NCBI GenBank assembly: GCA_009920765.1
Contig: RFZJ01000005.1
Location: forward strand, 25,673 to 89,672
Reading direction: 5' to 3'
Origin: Planctomycetota bacterium
GTDB lineage: Bacteria > Planctomycetota > Planctomycetia > Gemmatales > Gemmataceae
DNA: 64,000 nt
Part shown: in pieces, positions 35,840-43,856 of the stretch
Layout: each line of letters begins with the position of its first letter
How positions within the stretch are numbered: position 1 is the first letter of the stretch
Position numbers and translations under genes: made by a program
Notes under the pieces: model-generated
Seen by the model: the letters and a program-made list of their open reading frames with translations, nothing else
Databases searched by the model: none
Told to the model about the DNA's origin: nothing

Positions 35840-37255
35840 TTAAGCGTAAACTTCAATTGCCTTGACAATATCATCAAGACTGTTGGGAACCTGAACAGCC
35901 CGGTTGGCAAATCCAGCTCTTCTTACCCCTCTGACCCCGAGAACCTCGTCAAAAGTTTTCTGGTCAGAACTATGATAAGCCACTGTTGCGGTGGAATCCT
36001 TCATTTGATGTGCGGTAAGAATGCAGACCACCCTGTCTGAGGGAGCTATAACGCCTTCCGCCCTTAGTTTTTTTGCGCCAGCAACACTTGCAGCAGAGGC
36101 AGGCTCGCAGCCCATGCCGCCTGCACCCACCTTTGCCTTGGCATCCATGATCTCTTGATCATTGGTTTCTCTGACTACACCATTGCAAAACTCAATTGCC
36201 CTCAAACCTTTCACCAGGTTGACGGGCCGGTTGATTTCAATCGCACTTGCAATCGTGGATGCCCTGCGGTTTTCTGAGTCCATGTCGTTATAAAATTGAT
36301 TCATCACCGGCTTATTCGGTTCACCTTTATTCCAAGAGACGCTATTCATATTCGTGAGAAGATTGAAGGTATTGGCACCTGCGGCATTGATGACTGCAAG
36401 CCTGGGTATTTTGCTGATAAGCCCCAATTGCTTGAGTTCGATGAATGCTTTGCCAAATGCCGAGCTGTTGCCTAGATTTCCACCGGGAACCACGATCCAA
36501 TCGGGCGATTCCCATTTTAAAGCTTCGAGTACGCGAAACATTACGGTTTTCTGCCCTTCGAGCCTGAAGGGGTTGATACTGTTGACCAGATAGATGCCCA
36601 TTTTTTTTGCAATCTGCTGAACGCGTTGCATTGCATCATCGAAATCGCCTGCGATTTGAATGGTAAGCGCACCATGATCGAGTGCTTGTGCAAGTTTACC
36701 GTAGGAGATTTTACCACTGCCAATAAAAACGATGCCACGCATAAGGCCGGTTGCGGAACAATAAACCGCAAGCGAGGCACTGGTATTTCCGGTGCTGGCA
36801 CATGCTGCTCTTTTAGCACCTGTCATGTGTGCATGGGTGAAAGCAGCGGTCATGCCGTTATCTTTAAAGCTTCCGGAGGGGTTCATGCCTTCGTATTGAA
36901 GAAAAAGATTGCCGTTGTTAACGCCAACATATTGGGCGACGTGATCGGATTGCCTAAGAAGGGTCTGCCCTTCGCCAATGGTTAGAACGGAGGATTGAGG
37001 GGCGAAAGGAAGAAGTTCATAAAAGCGCCAAACGCCACTGAAAGGCAAAGGCTCATGCCTAAGCGACCACTTGGCTTCGAAATCTTTCAAGGATTTGGGC
37101 AAGGGGAGTTTATCCCAATCGTAAGCGACATCCATGATGCCCCCGCATTTGGGGCAAGAAAAGGAGGTGTCATCGAGGGAGTTAGTACCACCGCAGTGCG
37201 GAAAAACACAGCGTTGGAAAACAAGATTGTCATTAAAGGAAGCAGTCATACGCAC
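35840..37255 (-). CDS. thrC: Threonine synthase (long form with N-terminal zinc-ribbon-like CxxC pairs)
   Basis: PLP-lysine region [10 protein letters not shown]. The C-x4-C...CPKCGG N-terminus is typical of archaeal/bacterial long ThrC. Has a tryptophan-synthase-beta fold length. Confidence 0.88.
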   Translation of the reverse strand: MRMTASFNDNLVFQRCVFPHCGGTNSLDDTSFSCPKCGGIMDVAYDWDKLPLPKSLKDFEAKWSLRHEPLPFSGVWRFYELLPFAPQSSVLTIGEGQTLLRQSDHVAQYVGVNNGNLFLQYEGMNPSGSFKDNGMTAAFTHAHMTGAKRAACASTGNTSASLAVYCSATGLMRGIVFIGSGKISYGKLAQALDHGALTIQIAGDFDDAMQRVQQIAKKMGIYLVNSINPFRLEGQKTVMFRVLEALKWESPDWIVVPGGNLGNSSAFGKAFIELKQLGLISKIPRLAVINAAGANTFNLLTNMNSVSWNKGEPNKPVMNQFYNDMDSENRRASTIASAIEINRPVNLVKGLRAIEFCNGVVRETNDQEIMDAKAKVGAGGMGCEPASAASVAGAKKLRAEGVIAPSDRVVCILTAHQMKDSTATVAYHSSDQKTFDEVLGVRGVRRAGFANRAVQVPNSLDDIVKAIEVYA

Positions 37256-37302
37256 CGGGAAGCATATGGGTAAAGGAAAAAATCAAGAAACCGAGATTCA
37301 AT

Positions 37303-38484
37303 TTAGAGTTTCGGCTTAGAGTCATCATACTCAAAAGGGGACTCGTTATCGACCCGAGCTAGCCTTAAAGATGTCTTTCCTTCAAGAAAGTCCATTAAAA
37401 CCGGAAATACATGCTTTAGACGCCATCCTTTTGCCAAGGAATTATTATCGGAAAGTGAAGTATTGTCAATTTTAGATCGAACCAGCTCGCGTAAATCGGA
37501 GGGAGTTGCAACCATTGCAGGAACGAGGCTTTTACGATTACAGAGGTCGCCAAGAAGCCCAGCCATAACCTGGCCGATAAGTCCGACCTGTGGAGCATCG
37601 GGCTTGGTTTCATCTTGAAGGGGTAAAGAATCTGGAGGGAGTGCCCTGGCTTTTTGAATTGCCGCCATGATTTCTTCAGAATCGCGATGCTGAACGCCCC
37701 TGAAGGCTAAAATATCCTGGGCCTTCTGAGGGTTTCGTTTGACAATGTCAGCAATAAGATCATCGCGAAGGATGCTTCGGGGAGGGCGATTACGCTTTGC
37801 AGCAATTTCTTCGCGCCAAGCCACGATTTCGCGTACCATCGCCAAGCGTTTGCGATCAAAACCACTTGTGCCTTTGACTTTGCGCCAGCGTTCGCCAACG
37901 GGTTCATCAAGGTTCGATTTAGCCTTAAGATCAGCAAATTCTTCTTCCGCCCAATCGATTCTGTCGAGTTCAAGAAGCCTTGCAGAGATTTTTTCATGGC
38001 ATTGCAAAAGATAGCGGACATCATTAAATGCGTAAGTGATCTGCTCTGCGGTAAGAGGGCGGATGCGCCAGTCGGTGAGGGTTTCCTGCTTCGAAAGCCG
38101 GGTGCCTGTAAAGTTTTGCACTAAAGTTCCGTAGCCCGCGGGGTAGCCAATTCCTATTAATCCTGCAGCCACTTGAATATCAAACAACCGAGCGGGGGTT
38201 TTGCCGGATAAATGCTGGCAGATGCGAATTTCTTCCCTGCCTGCATGAACGATGACATTGCGTTTTCCATCAGTTACCAAGTCCCAAAAAGCCCCTAGCG
38301 ACCCTATAGCAATAGCATCAATAACAAAAAGATCGGTAGGGGTCGCAACTTGCACCAGACATAATTCAGGGCGGAAGGATTCTTCGCTAACAAACTCCGT
38401 ATCAAAGCCAAACACATTGCTTTTGGCAATTTGCTCGCAACTTTTAAGGAAATCTGATTCATTAGCAACAAAATGCTCGCGCAT
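37303..38484 (-). CDS. rnd: Ribonuclease D
   Basis: DEDDy 3'-5' exonuclease motifs (FGFDTEF, HAGREEI, YAFNDVRYL) followed by an HRDC domain. Confidence 0.88.
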   Translation of the reverse strand: MREHFVANESDFLKSCEQIAKSNVFGFDTEFVSEESFRPELCLVQVATPTDLFVIDAIAIGSLGAFWDLVTDGKRNVIVHAGREEIRICQHLSGKTPARLFDIQVAAGLIGIGYPAGYGTLVQNFTGTRLSKQETLTDWRIRPLTAEQITYAFNDVRYLLQCHEKISARLLELDRIDWAEEEFADLKAKSNLDEPVGERWRKVKGTSGFDRKRLAMVREIVAWREEIAAKRNRPPRSILRDDLIADIVKRNPQKAQDILAFRGVQHRDSEEIMAAIQKARALPPDSLPLQDETKPDAPQVGLIGQVMAGLLGDLCNRKSLVPAMVATPSDLRELVRSKIDNTSLSDNNSLAKGWRLKHVFPVLMDFLEGKTSLRLARVDNESPFEYDDSKPKL

Positions 38485-38646
38485 CTTTTAAAATCCCTGA
38501 CAAGGTTGTTACACGGCATTGCTATTAAATATCATTTCCAAGCAATTTCATACCCTTTATTCTATGATGGATTAAAATTAATCTTAGAAGAATAGCAATT
38601 GTAACAAGCAAATGGAAAACTCAAGGCATATCTAAGTGAGGCCCCG

Positions 38647-38910
38647 ATGATTGAAGAGTATCTGCATCAAAAAGTGGTGATCGATCTGCATAGCCCTTTT
38701 GTCTGCCTTGGAACCCTAAACCGCTTTGATGAGGGTTTTTTTGAAGTCATCAACGCCGATCTTCATGACTTGCGCGACACCAAGACCTCGAGGGAAAACT
38801 ACATAGCTGCATCCCTATCCACAGGCATAAAACGCAACCGCAAGAAAATTCTGGTCTCACGCAGGGATATCATCTCGGTCTCGCTGCTTGCAGATGTTGC
38901 GGATGAATAA
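38647..38910 (+). CDS. Small conserved-looking protein with an Sm/LSm-like sequence pattern; function unknown
   Basis: 87 aa. KVVIDLHSPFVCLGTLNRFDEGFFEVINA resembles an Sm1 motif and ILVSRRDIISVSL an Sm2 motif. GTGAGG RBS-like sequence upstream. This is a fold inference only. Confidence 0.55.
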   Translation: MIEEYLHQKVVIDLHSPFVCLGTLNRFDEGFFEVINADLHDLRDTKTSRENYIAASLSTGIKRNRKKILVSRRDIISVSLLADVADE

Positions 38911-38914
38911 TGAG

Positions 38915-40039
38915 TTATTTCTTGCTCCAGGCATTGGTAAAGAATCTGATCCAGTTGCCATGCGTGATTTTTGCAACATCTGTATCGTCATAACCGCGCA
39001 GCTTCAATAAAGCTGGAAACCTTTGTAAATCTGCTATGGTATCAATGTCGCCCGGAGATTGCTCGGTACCAAATCCACCATCCAGATCGGTTCCCAACGC
39101 TGCATGATCCGAATTCCCTGCAAGCTGGCAAACCCTGTCAATATGATCGATGACGGTGTTCATGGTGACACCGCTTTCTTTCACCGTCGTTTTTCCGCGA
39201 ATCCAATTGGGATAGAGCATCCAGTTATCGAAGGCCGCACCTATGACTGCTTTTCGGGAAATTAGCTTTTTAATCTGATCATCAGTAAGCTGCCTTTGTT
39301 CGGGTACCAGTGCCCTGCAGTTATGATGGCTTGCAAGCACGGGCCCGCCATAGAGTTCCATGGCTTCATCAAAGCATTGGTCAGAAAGATGGGTGATATC
39401 CAAAATCATGCCACAGGCCTGCATTTCTTTTAAAAGATCGGGGCCCATGGGGAAAAACCCGCCAATTGTGCTGGTGCCATGTGCATAGGGGCTGACTCCA
39501 TAATGGGCTGGCCCGATGATTCGTAAACCCAAATTGAACCAATGATGAACCTGGCTGGGGTGAAGGACTGGATCTGCGCCTTCCATGCTTAGGATAAAGC
39601 CCAGAGGTTCGGTTTCGGCTACAGGTTCCTGCCAGCGTTGGACGTGATTTATAAGATCTTTAGAATTCTTGATAAAGCGTAATTGCCCAGCCTCTACCAT
39701 GGATTCGTAGTAGGCGAGTTGGCCCCTTCCGGCAGCATAAGAGGCGGGCATGGCTTCGTAGCGCTGCAGGGGTGGCATCATGCCCTGTCGCATAAGCCTG
39801 GCTAGGATTGTTGCGATAAAAATGCCTACTTTTCCCCTTCGAAGCTCGGGAAAAGAAACGGTGCCCACGCCGCGGCCCTTGCCCGTCATGAGGAGCTCAT
39901 TTTCCCGCTTTCTAATAAGGGAAACATCGAGTCGGAGGTCACGATTCCAGTCTAGGGCGTTCCAGGCTAAATCCAGGTGGGCATCGAAAATTAGCATGTT
40001 TTTTTCTCTTTCCGGGTTTGGCAAGTAGTCAATAGGCAT
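38915..40039 (-). CDS. Peptidase family M19 membrane-dipeptidase-like metallohydrolase
   Basis: FDAHLDLAWNA (HxD-like metal site), ILDITHLSD, LASHHNCRAL, VIDHIDRVCQLAGNSDHAALGTDLDGGFG. Confidence 0.82.
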   Translation of the reverse strand: MPIDYLPNPEREKNMLIFDAHLDLAWNALDWNRDLRLDVSLIRKRENELLMTGKGRGVGTVSFPELRRGKVGIFIATILARLMRQGMMPPLQRYEAMPASYAAGRGQLAYYESMVEAGQLRFIKNSKDLINHVQRWQEPVAETEPLGFILSMEGADPVLHPSQVHHWFNLGLRIIGPAHYGVSPYAHGTSTIGGFFPMGPDLLKEMQACGMILDITHLSDQCFDEAMELYGGPVLASHHNCRALVPEQRQLTDDQIKKLISRKAVIGAAFDNWMLYPNWIRGKTTVKESGVTMNTVIDHIDRVCQLAGNSDHAALGTDLDGGFGTEQSPGDIDTIADLQRFPALLKLRGYDDTDVAKITHGNWIRFFTNAWSKK

Positions 40040-40111
40040 GTCGCAATGTACACTAATATAGTGTCCGGGCCAATATTCCTGGTTGAAAATCCATCATTGT
40101 TGGGGAATGTC

Positions 40112-41098
40112 ATGCAAAAGATTCAGATCGACTCAGAGTCGGAAACCGTAATCGAGCGTTCAGATTATCCGCCAGAAAAGATCCGCCAAATTATGGCGAA
40201 TGAAATTGTGGCTGTTTTAGGCTATGGTGTGCAAGGACGCGGCCAATCACTCAACATGAAGGATCCTGGCAAAACTCTCTTTTCGATGGAAGAAGCTGCT
40301 GCCAAGGGTACCATCATTCAATATTTGCTTTCTGATGCTGGCCAAAAAGAACAATGGTCCAAACTCAAGCCCCACCTTACCAAAGGCAAGGCACTGTATT
40401 TCTCCCATGGATTCAGCATTGTTTATAAAGACCAAACCAAGGTAGTGCCTCCTGCAGATATCGATGTGATTTTGGTTGCACCCAAGGGTTCTGGTACCTC
40501 TGTAAGAAGGTTGTTCCTTGAAGGCAAGGGTATTAACTCCAGCTATGCAGTTTTCCAAGATGCAACGGGCAAAGCTTATGAACGTGCCCGCGCCCTTGGG
40601 ATCGCAATCGGCTCGGGCTACCTTTTCGAAACCACTTTCCAAAAAGAAGTTTTCAGCGACCTTACTGGCGAGCGAGGCGTGCTTATGGGCGCAATCTATG
40701 GCCTTTGGCTTGCACAATACGAAGTGCTTCGTGCAAATGGGCATTCCGCCAGCGAAGCTTTCAACGAAACTGTTGAAGAAGCAACCCAAAGCCTTTACCC
40801 CTTGATTGCAGAAAACGGCATGGATTGGATGTATGCCAACTGTTCCACTACTGCACAACGAGGCGCATTGGATTGGTTCAAGAAGTTTCACGATGCTTCC
40901 AAGCCTGTTTTCGAAGAACTTTATCGCAGTGTTGCAGATGGTTCTGAAACTCGTAGAACGCTTGAATCCAACAGCCATCCTGACTATCGCAAGAACCTTG
41001 AAGTTGAACTCAAGCAAATTGCAGATAGCGAAATGTGGCGTGCAGGTGCTGCTGTTCGTTCCCTCAGGCCTGAACGAGCCAACGACAAGAAGAAGTGA
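40112..41098 (+). CDS. ilvC: Ketol-acid reductoisomerase, Ilv5 (fungal-mitochondrial)-like subtype, with an apparent internal gap in the Rossmann domain
   Basis: VAVLGYGVQGRGQSLNMKD, LLSDAGQ, GKALYFSHGFS, DVILVAPKGSGTSVR, GINSSYAV, SDLTGERGVLMG, NETVEEATQSLYPLI, CSTTAQRGALDW. About 25 residues expected between NMKD and PGKTLF are absent (see findings). ATG at 40112 is preferred. Confidence 0.85.
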   Translation: MQKIQIDSESETVIERSDYPPEKIRQIMANEIVAVLGYGVQGRGQSLNMKDPGKTLFSMEEAAAKGTIIQYLLSDAGQKEQWSKLKPHLTKGKALYFSHGFSIVYKDQTKVVPPADIDVILVAPKGSGTSVRRLFLEGKGINSSYAVFQDATGKAYERARALGIAIGSGYLFETTFQKEVFSDLTGERGVLMGAIYGLWLAQYEVLRANGHSASEAFNETVEEATQSLYPLIAENGMDWMYANCSTTAQRGALDWFKKFHDASKPVFEELYRSVADGSETRRTLESNSHPDYRKNLEVELKQIADSEMWRAGAAVRSLRPERANDKKK

Positions 41099-41130
41099 TT
41101 ACTTCCTTTACGCTTTTTAATATCCATTGT

Positions 41131-41167
41131 AAAACCCCGGGTATCTTTACCTGGGGTTTTGCTTTTC
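41131..41167 (+). terminator. Rho-independent terminator after ilvC
   Basis: Stem aaaaccccgg / cctggggtttt with a 10-nt loop, followed by gcttttcc. Confidence 0.75.
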
Positions 41168-41317
41168 CTCCATCTTTACAGGTCGTCACTGCATTTCGAT
41201 TATTGCTAGGTGGAATAAAAAACATGGTTGTTTACAAAGTTCATCAAAATATCATTGGACTTATAACCTAGATCGCTGAAACTAGGTGGATCATTGTTTT
41301 TAGTTAAAGGGTGCATC

Positions 41318-43822
41318 ATGAAAATTAAAATAGTTCTTTCGTTTGCAATCCTGAGTTTCGTGGTGATTGGAATTGTAGTTGGTGCGGATGAACCAGCAAA
41401 AAGTGTCAAGAAAGATCTGCCTGGACCCCAGCTTTCAGGCGAAGTAAAACTTCCCAATGGTTGGTCATTAAAGCCCGCAGGAAAGCAGATCCCGCTTGGT
41501 GATTTTCCAGTCAACATGGTGGTCCACCCCAGTGGCAAATATCTTGCAATACTTCATGCAGGCTATGGCCCACATGAAATTCATATTGCAGAGCTTGATA
41601 AATCAGGCGCTACCATCATCAGCAAGGTTGGTATCAAGCAGACTTTTTGTGGCATTTGCTTTTCTCCCAATGGCGATAAGCTTTACGCCAGTGCTGCAGA
41701 GTTTGCAAGCGCTTATGTTTATGATTTTAAAAATGGCTACCTTTCTAATCGCAGTGAGATAAGCGTAGCTGATGAGAAAAGTAAATTTGTAACCACGGGG
41801 CTGGCGCTTGATTCAAGTGGTAAGAAAATTCTTGCTGCTGGCTGCTGGAGCCATTCGCTTAGCATAACCCCCCTTGATAAGCCAGAAGCCCGCAAGATGG
41901 TTGATCTTAAAGTTGATTCCTACCCTTTTGGCTTTCTTGCATTGCCTAAAAAAGAACAAGCTTTGGTCAGCCTTTGGGGGGCTTCTGCTGTTGCACTCAT
42001 CGATACCAAAGATGCCAAAATTCTTGCGACCTGGCCTACGGAAAGTCATCCAACGGAAATGGTTTTATCTCCTGATAACAAAACTCTTTTTGTCGCCTGC
42101 TCGAACTCCACACGTGTTAGTATTCTTGATGTCTCGCAGGATGGCAAAAGCCTGGGCACGCTTAATTGCGCACTTTATCCCAACGCTCCCAACGGCAACA
42201 CCCCTGGCAGCCTGACTCTCACCAACGATGGAAAGATCCTTTTAGTGGCTAATGCGGATGCAAATAATCTTAGTATGTTTCAGGTGGAAGATCCACTTAA
42301 GCCTGTGCCCATGGGCTATATTCCCGCTGGTTGGTACCCCACAAGTGTTCGTTTTAACCAGGTTGATGGCAAAATCTACTTCTGTAATGGCAAAGGCCTA
42401 ACCTCGAGGCCCAACCCGCAAGGCTCTAACCCTCTCGCTAAGGATCTTCCGATTAGGCAGTATATTGCAGGCCTTATGCAGGGTTCTTTGGGGGTTCTTG
42501 AGATGCCCACCCCTGAAAAAATGATCGCATTCACCAAGGAGGCATATTCCTGCAGCCCTCTTCAGGCAGATAATCTTCCCAAAGCCCAGTGGCCCGGTAA
42601 TAATCCCATACCTAGAAAAATTGGTGACCCCAGTCCCATCAAGTATTGCATTTATGTCATCAAGGAAAACCGAACCTATGACCAGGTGTTTGGCGATATC
42701 AAAGAAGGCAATGGTGACCCATCCCTTTGTATATTTGATGAAAAGGTAACACCCAATCAACATAAGATCGCAAGGGAATATACCTTGCTGGATAACCTTT
42801 ATGTGGATGGAGAAGTTTCTGCAGATGGCCATCAATGGAGCATGGCTGCTTACTCTACTGACTTTGTGGAAAAAGTGTGGCCTTTGACTTATCGGGGCAG
42901 CCCGCTTAAAAAGCTTACTGCTTATCCTTCGGAGGGGGCTTACGATGTTATCGCCCGCCCTGCTGGTGGTTACATCTGGGATCGTTGTGCAGAAGCCAAG
43001 GTTTCTTTCCGCAGTTATGGCGAGTGGATTGATAATGGTAAAAAACCAGGTGAGCCCTCTAAAGCCAGGGTAAAGGCGCTTGTAGGCAAGTTTGATCCAT
43101 ACTTTAGAGGGTATGATCTTGATTACCCTGATGTAAAAAGAGCAGAGCGTTTTTTGGAAGAAGTTGCCCGCTTTGAAAAAGAAGGTGGAATGCCCCAGCT
43201 AAGTATTGTTCGACTTCCAAACGATCACACTTATGGCACCAGGCCGGATAAGCCAACCCCAACAGCGATGGTGGCGGAAAATGACCTGGCAATGGGCATA
43301 CTTGTAGAGGGTATTTCCAAGAGTAAGTTCTGGAAAGAAACTGCAATTTTTGTGATCGAAGATGATGCACAGAATGGTTCGGATCATGTGGATGCACATC
43401 GTACCATCTCGCTGGTGATCAGCCCTTATACAAAGCGGAAATTTGTTGATTCCACGATGTATTCAACCTCCAGTATTTTGAGAACCATGGAACTTATTCT
43501 GGGATTAAAGCCCATGAGCCAGTTTGATGCTGCTGCCACCCCGATGTTTCATTCCTTTCAAGCAGAACCCGACCTTACCCCTTTCAAGCATGTTGCAGCT
43601 AAAGTAAGCCTGACTGAAAAAAACACGGAGAAATCGTGGGGGGCGAAGCAGTCTCTTGCCTTTGATCTTGATAAAGAAGATGCAGCAGATGATTTACTTT
43701 TTAACGAAGTCATTTGGAAATCGGTCAAGGGTGCCAATAGCCCCATGCCTCCACCTGTAAGGGCGGCTTTCTTCCTGCCCAAATATGCAACCAAGAAGCC
43801 TGCTTCTAAAGATCAAGACTGA
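41318..43822 (+). CDS. Secreted fusion protein: YVTN/YncE-like beta-propeller N-terminal half plus phosphoesterase-family (phospholipase C / AcpA-type) C-terminal half
   Basis: Signal/anchor MKIKIVLSFAILSFVVIGIVVGA. Repeated P-x-G-hydrophobic-x-x-S-P-D/N-G-K-x-L-Y/F-V-A blocks (FSPNGDKLYASA, LSPDNKTLFVAC, LTNDGKILLVAN). C-terminal YVIKENRTYDQVFGD and the IEDDAQNGSDHVDAHR metal-site block are typical of the phosphoesterase family. Confidence 0.82.
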   Translation: MKIKIVLSFAILSFVVIGIVVGADEPAKSVKKDLPGPQLSGEVKLPNGWSLKPAGKQIPLGDFPVNMVVHPSGKYLAILHAGYGPHEIHIAELDKSGATIISKVGIKQTFCGICFSPNGDKLYASAAEFASAYVYDFKNGYLSNRSEISVADEKSKFVTTGLALDSSGKKILAAGCWSHSLSITPLDKPEARKMVDLKVDSYPFGFLALPKKEQALVSLWGASAVALIDTKDAKILATWPTESHPTEMVLSPDNKTLFVACSNSTRVSILDVSQDGKSLGTLNCALYPNAPNGNTPGSLTLTNDGKILLVANADANNLSMFQVEDPLKPVPMGYIPAGWYPTSVRFNQVDGKIYFCNGKGLTSRPNPQGSNPLAKDLPIRQYIAGLMQGSLGVLEMPTPEKMIAFTKEAYSCSPLQADNLPKAQWPGNNPIPRKIGDPSPIKYCIYVIKENRTYDQVFGDIKEGNGDPSLCIFDEKVTPNQHKIAREYTLLDNLYVDGEVSADGHQWSMAAYSTDFVEKVWPLTYRGSPLKKLTAYPSEGAYDVIARPAGGYIWDRCAEAKVSFRSYGEWIDNGKKPGEPSKARVKALVGKFDPYFRGYDLDYPDVKRAERFLEEVARFEKEGGMPQLSIVRLPNDHTYGTRPDKPTPTAMVAENDLAMGILVEGISKSKFWKETAIFVIEDDAQNGSDHVDAHRTISLVISPYTKRKFVDSTMYSTSSILRTMELILGLKPMSQFDAAATPMFHSFQAEPDLTPFKHVAAKVSLTEKNTEKSWGAKQSLAFDLDKEDAADDLLFNEVIWKSVKGANSPMPPPVRAAFFLPKYATKKPASKDQD

Positions 43823-43856
43823 TGTTTTATATCTCTAGCGCCCATGGAGAATTACA

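Noticed and set aside
40261-40266. A GGATCC (BamHI) site lies exactly at the ilvC gap junction, which hints at an engineered deletion.
   Set aside because: A 6-bp site is expected roughly 15 times by chance in 64 kb. There is no vector or scar sequence around it. I treat it as coincidence unless read data say otherwise.
40247-41017. A 256-aa minus-strand ORF antisense to ilvC.
   Set aside because: The plus frame carries near-complete KARI signatures. The antisense ORF has none.
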